Of a stretch of 60,096 nucleotides of DNA, positions 27,931-37,397 are shown piece by piece. Below the pieces are notes generated by a model that was not told the origin of the DNA, made no database searches, and saw only the letters and a program-made list of their open reading frames with translations. This DNA is from an uncultured Clostridia bacterium. Lineage in GTDB: Bacteria > Bacillota > Clostridia > UMGS1883. The stretch is taken from assembly GCA_947630975.1 (NCBI GenBank), contig CANRJP010000004.1, positions 1-60,096 of the forward strand. Direction: 5' to 3'. The stretch's first letter is position 1. Each line of letters opens with the position of its first letter. Position numbers and translations under genes: made by a program.

Positions 27931-28316
27931 TAGCCATACACCCCCCGATAAAGGAGAGGTACACCGAAATCGTCCCTAACGCCGTATAACATTTCGCGGA
28001 TAGTTGTGTCTGCGCTTTGCCGTAGATTGGCTATTTGTGTATCTGTGTTACCATAACTTTCAGAATACCCGTCATTATTAAATGACGCAATGAGCGGATT
28101 GTCGGCTAAAGCGTCGGAGCCGATTTTACTGTCCACCTTGATAAGCTCCATGATACACAGTTTAACTTCCTCCGGCACTTTAGCCATAAATTGTACGCGA
28201 CAATCCGTTAAATAGTCAATCCTCTTGCGAGCTTTAAATTCAGCTAAGGTAAAATCCGTTTCAGGTAAATCACCGCCGTGCTGTTGGTATTCGGTATAAG
28301 AAAGATATGTTGCCAC
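27927..28316 (-). CDS. Head-tail connector protein
   Basis: YLSYTEY...IDYLT...DGYSESY...LLYRG. Confidence 0.8.
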   Translation of the reverse strand: MATYLSYTEYQQHGGDLPETDFTLAEFKARKRIDYLTDCRVQFMAKVPEEVKLCIMELIKVDSKIGSDALADNPLIASFNNDGYSESYGNTDTQIANLRQSADTTIREMLYGVRDDFGVPLLYRGVYGY

Positions 28317-28531
28317 ATTAAGAGCCTCCCATCATTGTGATTTTGCCGCTTTTTTCTTTGTCGCGGCCTTTAATGACCGGGCCTTTACAACTTTATCCTG
28401 TGTAGCCGCAGCCTGTATTGGGACATCGCTTGCTGCTACTTTTGAACCGTCAGCCATCATATCACGCACTTTCACGGTACCGCTTAAAAGGCTCTGATCG
28501 CTTGGAAAAAAGTCTATACGATCAGAGCCGT

Positions 28532-29458
28532 TTATTCCCCCTCGGTAATGTTAAACTGAAGGGCATCCTGGCGCTGATTGAGGATAAATACATCCTCGTC
28601 GCTCTCCTCGAAATAGATATACTTGCCTTCGGTGACAGCGGAAGGGGAATCAAGCTGGGCAAATTCATAAGAAACGGGAGTAATGACCGCGGAAGGATGA
28701 ACAAGGAACAGATTAATCTGCTTGGCGTCTTCCGCCACTTTCCATCCCTTTGTGAAGTCATATTTTGTTTTCATGAGGGTAGAAGGAACAGAAACGACTT
28801 CCAGTTCATCAAGACGGGAAATTTCTCTGTTGATGGCGGAGCTACTGTTGCCCTTGACGTCAAGCTGACGAGCGATGCCGTCAGCGGTCTTAAGAAGCTG
28901 CCGAACCTGAGACGTGACATACAGGATGCGTCCATTGACGGGTACACGGGCCTCATCCATTTTCACCATAAGGCTGTCAATAACGCTAAGGATGTTTGCG
29001 GCGGTCAAAACCGTCTTGTCAGGTTCCATAGCCTTTTTGCTTCCATCCTTTTCATCGGCGGTAGTCGCCAGCGTATAAAGTGTAGAAATGGTATAAGCGT
29101 CCATCTCAGGGAATTTCTGCTCCTCGTTATAAACGCGGGTAACATTGGCTATAGAGGCAACCTCATTTGTCTGATCAATGTCTTTAGGATGGACCAGCGT
29201 AGACCATTTCCGATGATGGGAAAGTGTCTTAGGCTCCCAGGCGTTGTCATAGTTGCGAGTTGCCATCGCGATTGTATCACGATCAGAATTGACACGGCCA
29301 GTCGTGGTAATGTGGGGGATATATACGGTTTTGCCGTCTTCTCCCATACGATAGCGGCCATTGTTAGGTGTGGCGTATAGCGCACCAAAGTTCAACACAT
29401 AAGGGTACTGCTGCGCTAGTTCACTTGAATACTGTTCTGCATAGTTAATACCAGGCAT
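28532..29458 (-). CDS. Major capsid protein
   Basis: 308 aa after the scaffold; DIDQTN, PEMDAY, INLFLVHPSA motifs. Confidence 0.88.
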   Translation of the reverse strand: MPGINYAEQYSSELAQQYPYVLNFGALYATPNNGRYRMGEDGKTVYIPHITTTGRVNSDRDTIAMATRNYDNAWEPKTLSHHRKWSTLVHPKDIDQTNEVASIANVTRVYNEEQKFPEMDAYTISTLYTLATTADEKDGSKKAMEPDKTVLTAANILSVIDSLMVKMDEARVPVNGRILYVTSQVRQLLKTADGIARQLDVKGNSSSAINREISRLDELEVVSVPSTLMKTKYDFTKGWKVAEDAKQINLFLVHPSAVITPVSYEFAQLDSPSAVTEGKYIYFEESDEDVFILNQRQDALQFNITEGE

Positions 29459-29496
29459 ATAAAAATCTCCTTTACAATTTTATATTGCGTGGCGGT

Positions 29497-30183
29497 TTAC
29501 TCATTTTTAGGTCTTGGATGAACGCTTGTAAATTCAAAATTAAACAAGCCTTTTTTTTCGGACAGTGCCCCGTTTTTCCCCAATACGATCTGAGGAGGAG
29601 GCGTGTTCTGTTCTCCAGCCTGTGTAGGTTCAGGCGCATCCGCCACAAAAGCAGACGGGTCATCTGTTTTATATTTCTGTACATAGTCAGAAAAGCCCAT
29701 GATGGTGTCACCGTCCAGCTTCAGGTTTGCGTCAATCGCCCCGCGGATAAAATCTCTTTGTGCCGCCGCACTGGAAAATTTCAACTTACCCGCTTCGGTT
29801 TTAATTGCAAACTCATACGCCTGTTTTGCGGTTTTGTTCTCCCAATCATTTTTTTCAGTCTCATACTTGGACTGGAGATCGGTAAGAGCGGTTTGCGCTT
29901 CAGCCAGTTTCCCGGCATCAGCTTGCGCTGCGGTCAGCTTTGCACTCAGGTCATTCATATCAGTATCACGCTGGGACAACTGCCCTTGCAAATCTGTAAC
30001 CTGCTGTTTAAGCTGATTGGTCGTATCGTCAAATTTGTTCCGACTGACGTACTGGCCTTCCGACAGATCAACATAACGCACGTGCTTCAACTTGTCAGTT
30101 TCTTTTGCGTTATGTTCGTTGATGGCCGCTTCAACCTGTGAAAACAGGTCCGGGGCCAAAAGGTCTTTAAGTGTCATCTGCAC
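29497..30183 (-). CDS. Capsid scaffolding protein (GP20-like)
   Basis: GQYVSRNKF plus coiled coil; position. Confidence 0.8.
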   Translation of the reverse strand: MQMTLKDLLAPDLFSQVEAAINEHNAKETDKLKHVRYVDLSEGQYVSRNKFDDTTNQLKQQVTDLQGQLSQRDTDMNDLSAKLTAAQADAGKLAEAQTALTDLQSKYETEKNDWENKTAKQAYEFAIKTEAGKLKFSSAAAQRDFIRGAIDANLKLDGDTIMGFSDYVQKYKTDDPSAFVADAPEPTQAGEQNTPPPQIVLGKNGALSEKKGLFNFEFTSVHPRPKNE

Positions 30184-30356
30184 TCCTTTCTCAGCGGTAA
30201 CTATTGTACCGCTGTGAACAGTTTTAAGCCCGTATTCAGGGGCAATTCCGGCAATTTATAGCCCGTACCGGTCGGGAAAATATATGAAAGACCGATGGTT
30301 AATCGGTTTTCAAGCCTTAAAGGTTGCACGAAAAAAGCGCCTCTCGGCGCTAAATA

Positions 30357-31505
30357 TTAAACTTTCACCATTCGGAAGCCATCAACAACCATTCTGTCTT
30401 TACGCGCCGCAATACCGGAAGCCATTGACGCCCTTTCGTATTTTTGTGCTAAAGCGTTAATACGTTTTTGACACTCACGGCGCAGCTCCATGTCGTCTAC
30501 AGCACGAGCGGCATTTGCCGTATCCTTTTGACGGCGAACCTCGGTTTCTATTCGACGCATGAGCTGTGACGCCTGATAAATGGTGTAGTGCTTACCGTCT
30601 ATTTCACAGCCCTGTTGGTTTTCTGTGGCCCATTGATTTAATTGTGTGTCCGTATACCGGCGAACAGAATGTTGCGTTGAAAAACTCATAACTATGTGCA
30701 TACAATTCCACTCGCCAATTGGACGATTAAAGCCCTCATAATGCCTACCGTCTACATCTACAAACGGTGCGCCGATTTGCATTTTCTCAAATTCCGATTT
30801 CAAAAACACGCGCCCCTGTACCGGCTCATGGTCGGGAGCACTACGAGCGTGTGCGGATATTTCATAGGCGTCAAAACCTAATTCTTCGCCCATCAAAATA
30901 GAACCATTTTGCGCTATTTGATTTGCACCGTCAATGACATTTTGACGGACTGCGGTATCTAATCGACGATGATACCCGCTGGGATATTGAATTTGCATAC
31001 CGCCATAACCTATATCGCGAACCACTTCTCGTGTAGCTGCCTTGTAATCATCTAATCCGGCACTGACCGCTAACACTGCCTTATCAATAGCTTGCCGGTA
31101 GGTGTTAGAAATAATCGTTGTATTAGACAGATTTTGCATTGTACCCGCCGTTTGCATACTAACCGTTTGTGCATAATGCTCTAAACGAGCGCGCGCATCA
31201 GAGGACAAAGGACGCATGGTCAGCACTCGCGAAAAGCGTTTGTCTGTATATGTGTCATTCAGGGCAGTATTGTATATTCTAAATAGGTCTTGCGTACCTA
31301 ACTGAGCCGCACGTGCTAATCGAGAATTTATTTCCGCCATGTCGCTATTCATTTCAGCCATGATAACAAGCCTGTTTATATTTGATTGGGATAGCTCTCC
31401 GATTTTTTTGATTTGAGCCGCAATTTTCGCAATAAAAAAGCTGTTTACTTCATCAAACCTTGCCATTAGCAAATCAACTTGCTTTTGCAACTCCTGAACC
31501 GTCAC
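30357..31505 (-). CDS. Minor capsid protein (phage min_cap2 / MuF-related)
   Basis: YPSGYHRRLDTAVR, EISAH...PDH, WNCMH; follows the portal gene. Confidence 0.85.
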   Translation of the reverse strand: MTVQELQKQVDLLMARFDEVNSFFIAKIAAQIKKIGELSQSNINRLVIMAEMNSDMAEINSRLARAAQLGTQDLFRIYNTALNDTYTDKRFSRVLTMRPLSSDARARLEHYAQTVSMQTAGTMQNLSNTTIISNTYRQAIDKAVLAVSAGLDDYKAATREVVRDIGYGGMQIQYPSGYHRRLDTAVRQNVIDGANQIAQNGSILMGEELGFDAYEISAHARSAPDHEPVQGRVFLKSEFEKMQIGAPFVDVDGRHYEGFNRPIGEWNCMHIVMSFSTQHSVRRYTDTQLNQWATENQQGCEIDGKHYTIYQASQLMRRIETEVRRQKDTANAARAVDDMELRRECQKRINALAQKYERASMASGIAARKDRMVVDGFRMVKV

Positions 31506-31511
31506 CGCTTA

Positions 31512-33032
31512 TCACTCCTGCGTAGAAGACATTCCTTGTTTAGACGGCTCATCTTGGATAGTAGGAAGTATATCGGGCATTCCTGCTAACGCTTCCTTTT
31601 GGACGGCCGCAATAGCATTTTCTGCCTGAGCCTGCGTTTCGCCTAAATACCATTGGCGCAATTCGGCTTTGCCTATAATACCGGCGTTATACAATAAAAG
31701 CCGTTCCTGAAGCTGCTGCTCGGCGTCTGTGAGAATAGAATCGTCCCATTCAAATGACACATCATATTCGCCCTCCGGTGCTAAGTTATAGGCGGTAGCG
31801 TATTTATCCATAGCACGAATTACGTCACGTAAACAAGTTTCCAGAGCCGCTTGATTATCAGCGATAGTTGCATAGGAGCGTTGTTTAATGATTTTTAATT
31901 CTGTAGCCGTCCGGGCGTCTACATTTGCATCGGATAACGTGCCGCGGGACAAGCCGGTTAAATCTTCTATACGAATAAATAGTTGATTTAAACCATTAAG
32001 CAAGCTGCCATCACGAATAGCGGGGGAGAATACTTCATACAGATCACGGTCGCCTTTATCTGCGTCAACAGACCGGAAAAGACGTTCATTCAGCTTTGGC
32101 ATTTCAACACCGCCGCCCTCGGTCTTTTTGGGACGAAGGACTGTCGGGTCTACGTCGATTGCTAATTCTGAACCTTCAAATTCCCACAAAAGCCGGGAAT
32201 ATTGCAGGTCTGCCTCGCGTATTACGTCAACGGCTTTTGCAAAAACAGAAGCACCCAAAGGACTATCAACGTCAATATTGTTTGCCGACGCTACTTTATA
32301 CCAGCCGAATAACGGCCCTTCAGTATTCTGTACAGTAGCCTCAGCTTGCAGCGCCGCCCAGCGTTCCACCTCGGTCAGTTGTATTTCTGTACCGATACTG
32401 TCACGCATATTTGATTTAAAGGCGCGTTGAGAAATTTTCACACCATCTTTTGTAATGGTGTGTCTTTCGAGACGGGTATATGTTACTTTTCCCTCAGTAA
32501 AAACGTCAGGGATAATAACATCGGACAAATTACCGTCATCATCAAATGCAAGCGGATAAAAGGCCCAGTCCATAGTCCAATCAAAATATATATGACCATC
32601 AGCGGGATTAGGATATGGTTTAATTATCATGCCGCCAGCTGCGCAGCCTTGCTCCAACTTAAGACGTAAAATATTTACGAGTTTTTTAAACTCCGTTTTA
32701 AGGTATTCGGCCCTGGGATTGGTCATCTCTGCGCCGTCCGTTGTTTCTGTCATACCGTTTCTTGATTTGCCGGTTATGTTCCATTGCATTTCCAAAACTA
32801 TTTGCCGGGCTATCTCAGAGCTTATAAAGGCCGGTAGATTAAGAGATTTAACCGTTGTCGGTTTTAACCAGTCCGCTTTGTTTACGTATAGTTGATACCA
32901 CATATCAAGGGCCGTTGTCATTTCAGAGGACAGCGGGGTGTCTATATGCTCTGCCTGTTCAATACTTCTATACGGTATCATTCGCCTTATCACCTGCCTT
33001 ATCATGGAGAGTAATCTCGAAAAAATATTCAC
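31512..33032 (-). CDS. Portal protein (SPP1/A118-like)
   Basis: SPLGASVF, FSPAIR, TATE, VSFEWDDS; probable GTG start at 33032. Confidence 0.88.
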   Translation of the reverse strand: MNIFSRLLSMIRQVIRRMIPYRSIEQAEHIDTPLSSEMTTALDMWYQLYVNKADWLKPTTVKSLNLPAFISSEIARQIVLEMQWNITGKSRNGMTETTDGAEMTNPRAEYLKTEFKKLVNILRLKLEQGCAAGGMIIKPYPNPADGHIYFDWTMDWAFYPLAFDDDGNLSDVIIPDVFTEGKVTYTRLERHTITKDGVKISQRAFKSNMRDSIGTEIQLTEVERWAALQAEATVQNTEGPLFGWYKVASANNIDVDSPLGASVFAKAVDVIREADLQYSRLLWEFEGSELAIDVDPTVLRPKKTEGGGVEMPKLNERLFRSVDADKGDRDLYEVFSPAIRDGSLLNGLNQLFIRIEDLTGLSRGTLSDANVDARTATELKIIKQRSYATIADNQAALETCLRDVIRAMDKYATAYNLAPEGEYDVSFEWDDSILTDAEQQLQERLLLYNAGIIGKAELRQWYLGETQAQAENAIAAVQKEALAGMPDILPTIQDEPSKQGMSSTQE

Positions 33033-33087
33033 GTTTACACCTGCCTTTTCGGGCATGAAAAAGGCGCCGTTTCCGACGCCTTTAACA

Positions 33088-33786
33088 CTATTCAATTTCA
33101 GGCACCATGTCTTTCACGGCGTCTATGATGATTTGCGCCCGCTGAAGCGTTGGGACGCTTTGACCTGTGCGGATGCGTGTTATTTGTGTTGTGGCAAGGC
33201 CGGTCGCTTTTGCAATGCGGCTTAAGCTAAGACCGTGCTCGTTTACCGCTTTGTTAATTATCATAGCGCACTTGCCATCGTCTTTGGGAGATGAGGGGAG
33301 AGCGCATATCTCCGGCATGGGAAAACCTCCGCTTTTGAGGAAGCCAAGCACATACGGCAATCGCTCATTCTTACAGGTGGCGACAACTGCCGCCGCTTTT
33401 AGAAAATCGTCAACAGTGATTTCCCTCTGTGGAACCTGCTTTGCCCTTTCTTCCTCTTTTGTGTAGCTCCCTGTCCGTCTTATCGCCGGAAGCACCTCGC
33501 TCGTAATCCAGCGTTTGAATCGCTTTGCGGAAGGCAGTTTACTTGACAGGATAAGTGAATACATACCACTTTCGTTAATGATGTTGATTTTCTGCGTCCC
33601 GCCAGGGGTAGATAAATCACCCACCCCTTTATCCTCATCGTCAACGTGCATTTTGACGGCTTTGGCCGTGTCTTTGTACCCTAAAGCTGACGCAACGTCC
33701 TTACCGACAGCCCACGGCGTATCGTCGATCAGTACAGTGCGAAGCTGTCCAAATTCAGGATTATTGAAAACCTGCATTTCATTCAT
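33088..33786 (-). CDS. Bro-N antirepressor with C-terminal HTH
   Basis: FNNPEFGQLR...GKDVA...INESGMYSLILSSKLPSAKRFKRWITSEVLPAIR. Confidence 0.9.
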   Translation of the reverse strand: MNEMQVFNNPEFGQLRTVLIDDTPWAVGKDVASALGYKDTAKAVKMHVDDEDKGVGDLSTPGGTQKINIINESGMYSLILSSKLPSAKRFKRWITSEVLPAIRRTGSYTKEEERAKQVPQREITVDDFLKAAAVVATCKNERLPYVLGFLKSGGFPMPEICALPSSPKDDGKCAMIINKAVNEHGLSLSRIAKATGLATTQITRIRTGQSVPTLQRAQIIIDAVKDMVPEIE

Positions 33787-33968
33787 GCCGGACACGCCTC
33801 CTTTGTCGGGCGGGTCACGCATAGCTCTGCGGCATGACAGGTTATATCCTCGGCCAGCTCAAACATATCGGCGTAAAGCTCAGACGGCATATTTCCCGTT
33901 TCCGCTGTTTCTCGGCAGATTGTGAACAAACTGCCCATGATCCGCAGAGTATCTGTTAAATCTTTCAT
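33783..33968 (-). CDS. Small hypothetical protein
   Basis: RBS; coupled to the Bro-N gene. Confidence 0.6.
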   Translation of the reverse strand: MKDLTDTLRIMGSLFTICRETAETGNMPSELYADMFELAEDITCHAAELCVTRPTKEACPA

Positions 33969-33997
33969 GTTGGTTACTCCTTTTATCAAAATACTGC

Positions 33998-34104
33998 TTG
34001 ACAAAGTAACCAATCTGATGTATAATAGATTTCAGATAAGGTTTACCTTGTCGTGGATATAAGGCGTTGATTTGTTTGCGAGACGGACAACGCCTTATTT
34101 CTTT
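33998..34104 (+). ncRNA. Putative antisense sRNA (promoter plus ~70-nt transcript)
   Basis: TTGACA(33998)-17-TATAAT(34021); terminator ataaggcgttg...caacgccttat followed by a T-rich tail. Confidence 0.65.
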
Positions 34105-34240
34105 AGGACTTTTTATTAAAATATTCTGAACATATAATCCTGACCATAGAAGCTAAAGAAATATTTTTATTCTCCGCTTCTTTTTTTAAGGCATTATACA
34201 ATTCAGAGGATATTTTAATATTTAAAGTCTTATCATTCAA
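34103..34240 (-). CDS. Arc-like ribbon-helix-helix regulator
   Basis: TLNIKISSELYNALKKEAENKNISLASMVR; TTG start with AGGAGG. Confidence 0.75.
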   Translation of the reverse strand: MNDKTLNIKISSELYNALKKEAENKNISLASMVRIICSEYFNKKS

Positions 34241-34265
34241 GTCATTCACCTCCTGTGCTACTACA

Positions 34266-34294
34266 ATTATACTACAAGTCTTGTAGTGTGTCAA
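34266..34294 (-). promoter_or_regulatory. Consensus promoter with internal palindromic operator
   Basis: TTGACA-17-TATAAT enclosing CTACAAG-n-CTTGTAG (34272-34286). Confidence 0.8.
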
Positions 34295-34365
34295 GAGGTT
34301 TTATCAATTTTTCAGTAATTTTTTATTTACTATACATGGCATTAGCAAAGTATTTTTTACTGGAT

Positions 34366-34402
34366 AACAAAATAGCAGAGATGTGATCTCTGCTATTTTG
34401 TT
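34366..34402. terminator. Terminator of the moron gene
   Basis: aacaaaatagcagaga-N5-tctctgctattttgtt. Confidence 0.85.
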
Positions 34403-34408
34403 GTTGTG

Positions 34409-35377
34409 CTATTTTACGTCATCCACTGTAGCGGAAAAGTAGTATTCAAACTTCGAGCTGTCATATTCCGTGCCGATCATTTCGTTCAGCTTATCAGCCA
34501 TAGCCGTGCCCAATTCTTCGGCGGCTTCTGCATCTTCGACCGCTGTTCGTTTATAAGAAGTGAATATGTTCGCCCATTCTTCCTGTGTCCCAGCATAATA
34601 TATACTTACCTTCTCACCTTTACTTGGGTGAAGATATGACAGTGTGTAATCGTAGACAAGTGTCAAGGACTTTGGAAAAAACACTTTTTTGACGTTGCTT
34701 GAATTGAAGATAGACGTTTTTATTTCAGTTATGCCCTCGTCTAAAATAAGAGTTTTGACATTGTGGTTGCCAATGCCCGCTTGAAAGTCGGATATATCAG
34801 TCTGATAGATTTTTCCGTCGATTTCATATGATGCGGCTACCTCTAATAGCTCTTTTGAACCTGTGTATGACTTCAAAAGGATTTTGTCCCCGGAAATATC
34901 ATAGGTAAAGTCCTCTATGGCAGGTTTTTCGGTCCCGGCGCTCGCGTCGCCGCTCGTCGTGATCTTGTTGCCATCCTTGCCGCCAAATATCGTACCTATT
35001 ATTCCGATAAATACAAGTATACCGACAAAGATAAGAACGCCCTTAATTATTTTCGACTGGCTTCCGCTTCCTTTAGCTGTCCATGAATATCCGCAATTTT
35101 GACATACGGCCATAGTATGATTTATTGATTTATCCGCCCAAAAGCCTAAACCTCCGCGATTGCGTCTATGAAAGAATAAATTCCACCACCAGCCGATAAG
35201 AACCCAATATACAGGTTTCCACCACCAGCCGATAAGTGTCCAGTATAGGCAACCGTGACTTTTTTTCGCCGGTACGACATAAACCTTGTTAGTTTGCGCT
35301 CCGACTGATCCGGACTGTTCGCGTTGAAAAATAATATTTGTGCTGCCGCAATTCGGGCAACTAACCACATTGCTCAA
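34409..35377 (-). CDS. Moron membrane protein (split zinc ribbon, TM segments, BspA/LRR-like extracellular part)
   Basis: CPNC...CQNC; Trp-rich and hydrophobic segments; LILDEGITEI...VFFPKSL; own promoter and terminator. Confidence 0.75.
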   Translation of the reverse strand: MSNVVSCPNCGSTNIIFQREQSGSVGAQTNKVYVVPAKKSHGCLYWTLIGWWWKPVYWVLIGWWWNLFFHRRNRGGLGFWADKSINHTMAVCQNCGYSWTAKGSGSQSKIIKGVLIFVGILVFIGIIGTIFGGKDGNKITTSGDASAGTEKPAIEDFTYDISGDKILLKSYTGSKELLEVAASYEIDGKIYQTDISDFQAGIGNHNVKTLILDEGITEIKTSIFNSSNVKKVFFPKSLTLVYDYTLSYLHPSKGEKVSIYYAGTQEEWANIFTSYKRTAVEDAEAAEELGTAMADKLNEMIGTEYDSSKFEYYFSATVDDVK

Positions 35378-35414
35378 TGACCGTTCCTCCCTCAAAAACA
35401 TTTTAGTTAAATAA

Positions 35415-35443
35415 ATTATACTACAATATTTTGAAGATGTCAA
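35415..35443 (-). promoter_or_regulatory. Consensus sigmaA promoter of the moron
   Basis: TTGACA-17-TATAAT. Confidence 0.85.
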
Positions 35444-35452
35444 GAGCCTTAT

Positions 35453-36709
35453 TCATTGTCCTTTTCGCTTATACACACGTTCCATAGCGTAACGCACACA
35501 ATCAATAGAATGGTTGTCCGCATCCGGATAGCGTCCTGTTAATTCGTCGTCTTTTGTGCGTTCATATTCATAGTTTATAAATTCTTGGGTCGTTGCCGGG
35601 CACCGAACAGGATCAATAACGATTGATTTAAGGGATTGCAGCCACTTCATGCCGTAACGTACACTGTCAGGGCCTTTGATGGCCGGTCGGCAAAGAGCGC
35701 CATAATCGCGATAATCGCCAATAGACTTAGGCTCGGCGCTATCCGCCGTAATAAGGTCGGTACCGGTCACGCCTTTAAGCATGACAAGACTATTCCAAGT
35801 ATCGGCGTTGCTCATCTTTTTTACCCTAAATTCGTCATAAATATATAGTGTCCGGCGCGCGGCGTCATAGTGCATTTTACCCCAATGAAACGGGTCGGGA
35901 TACCAGCCCCAGTCAATACCCATATAGATGTTATCAAAATGGCGTATTTCTTCGCCCGGTATTTCGCGAATGTCGAGATTAGTAAAGACTTCGCCGCCCG
36001 TGCCGATAGCGTCACCTAAATATTCATGCTGATAGGCCCTCGGATTAGTTTGACGCAAATCCTCGGCATCGTCTATAAATTGTTCGCCTAACCACTCTTT
36101 CGGCACGTCTAAATAACAGGATTTATGCCGTAAAGCACGGCTTTGCGGCTTCATCACATATTGATTAGCCCAATTGGATTTACTGATTGGCGGATTAAAC
36201 GATTTGAACACAACGTATTTCGGTCCGCCTCGTAGAACAGATTGTTGCACGGAACGAATTTCTTCCTCACCGTCAAACTCGTCGAGCTCTTCAAACCAAC
36301 AGTATTTTAAATAACCACGGGAAACCTTTATAGATTTGATCTTTTTTGCTATGTCCAAACCACGAAATAAAATGACCTGCCCTGTTGGAAGATAGGTCAT
36401 TTTCATGGGATTAACTGTACATTTCCAAAGATGCGTTACACCTAAAGCGTCGATACCCCACATAACCTGGGCAAATACCGACGTACTTAATGTACTTGCA
36501 ACCTTACGGAAAACAATAGCATTGGCTGACGGGTCTTGCATAATGCCAAGCGGTATCATGATGCCAATAAAAGACGATTTTGTACTGCCGCGTCCGCCAT
36601 ATAAATCGTAGTATGTGTGTAGCCCTTCCATCACATCCCAATATACGGGGTAGAAGGACGGGGCAATAAGATCGGACAAGCGTACACCGTCTGTATTAGC
36701 TGTCGGCAT
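35453..36709 (-). CDS. Terminase large subunit (PBSX family)
   Basis: GGRGSTKS Walker A, WFEE Walker B, GIDWG, DNHSID. Confidence 0.95.
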   Translation of the reverse strand: MPTANTDGVRLSDLIAPSFYPVYWDVMEGLHTYYDLYGGRGSTKSSFIGIMIPLGIMQDPSANAIVFRKVASTLSTSVFAQVMWGIDALGVTHLWKCTVNPMKMTYLPTGQVILFRGLDIAKKIKSIKVSRGYLKYCWFEELDEFDGEEEIRSVQQSVLRGGPKYVVFKSFNPPISKSNWANQYVMKPQSRALRHKSCYLDVPKEWLGEQFIDDAEDLRQTNPRAYQHEYLGDAIGTGGEVFTNLDIREIPGEEIRHFDNIYMGIDWGWYPDPFHWGKMHYDAARRTLYIYDEFRVKKMSNADTWNSLVMLKGVTGTDLITADSAEPKSIGDYRDYGALCRPAIKGPDSVRYGMKWLQSLKSIVIDPVRCPATTQEFINYEYERTKDDELTGRYPDADNHSIDCVRYAMERVYKRKGQ

Positions 36710-37187
36710 CAGGCGTCACCTCTACAGTAGGGGCGGATACCTGTGGCGATTCTTTGGGAATATCACATACGATATTTATTGTTGGCGATTTAACTTCATC
36801 CGGTTTATCCTCGCGCCAGCGCTTAAAATTATACTGAAGACTAAATTTAGCGCCATTTGCGCCATCCTTGTCAAATAACCGTTCTTCAGTGTATTGTTCA
36901 ATACGAGATTTCGCGCGTAATATCGTTTCGCAAAATTCTTCTTTGCCTTGATAGTCTAATAGACTAATCCGCGTGGCAAAGCCCAAAGCAAGCGCTAAAC
37001 CTGTCACGGTAGGCGGATGCCGGTCCACATAAACCGGATAGCCCCATTTATCATAAACCGTGTTACCGTCATTATCGGTAAGGATATGCCCCTCGCAACT
37101 TTTAAAATAGTCCTCGATAAGGCCCTCTATCTGTTCTTTGCTCGTGTATTTTGGCGGTCTGCCGATAGTCTTTTTCTTTTTCGCCAT
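36696..37187 (-). CDS. Terminase small subunit
   Basis: GRPPKY...PPTVTGLALALGF; directly upstream of TerL. Confidence 0.85.
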   Translation of the reverse strand: MAKKKKTIGRPPKYTSKEQIEGLIEDYFKSCEGHILTDNDGNTVYDKWGYPVYVDRHPPTVTGLALALGFATRISLLDYQGKEEFCETILRAKSRIEQYTEERLFDKDGANGAKFSLQYNFKRWREDKPDEVKSPTINIVCDIPKESPQVSAPTVEVTPDADS

Positions 37188-37210
37188 ACGGCATACCTCG
37201 CTTTATGAAC

Positions 37211-37249
37211 GTAAAAATCCCTCTGCCGGTTAAGGTGAGGGATTTTTAC
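37211..37249. terminator. 13-bp inverted repeat closing the effector cluster
   Basis: gtaaaaatccctc-N13-gagggatttttac. Confidence 0.7.
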
Positions 37250-37386
37250 TTTGATTTTTTTGCCGGTTTCCTTTTCGCCGTAGATTGAGCCTTGCCATTT
37301 TTAATAACGGCGTCATTTCCGGCTGCCAGTGCGCGGGAAATCGCTTTTGCACCGGCGCTGTCAAAATGTTCTTCCTTGTAAGCCAT
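37246..37386 (-). CDS. Small Lys-rich partner 3 (46 aa), not in the ORF track
   Basis: Translated by hand: MAYKEEHFDSAGAKAISRALAAGNDAVIKNGKAQSTAKRKPAKKSK; AGGAGG RBS. Confidence 0.7.
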   Translation of the reverse strand: MAYKEEHFDSAGAKAISRALAAGNDAVIKNGKAQSTAKRKPAKKSK

Positions 37387-37397
37387 AAAAAAGCCTC

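Noticed and set aside
28500-28545. Programmed frameshift extension of the major capsid at GGGGGAA
   Set aside because: The -1 frame stops within a few codons and I see no extension domain.
28418-29380. 320-aa + strand ORF
   Set aside because: Antisense shadow of the major capsid gene; no RBS or recognisable motif.
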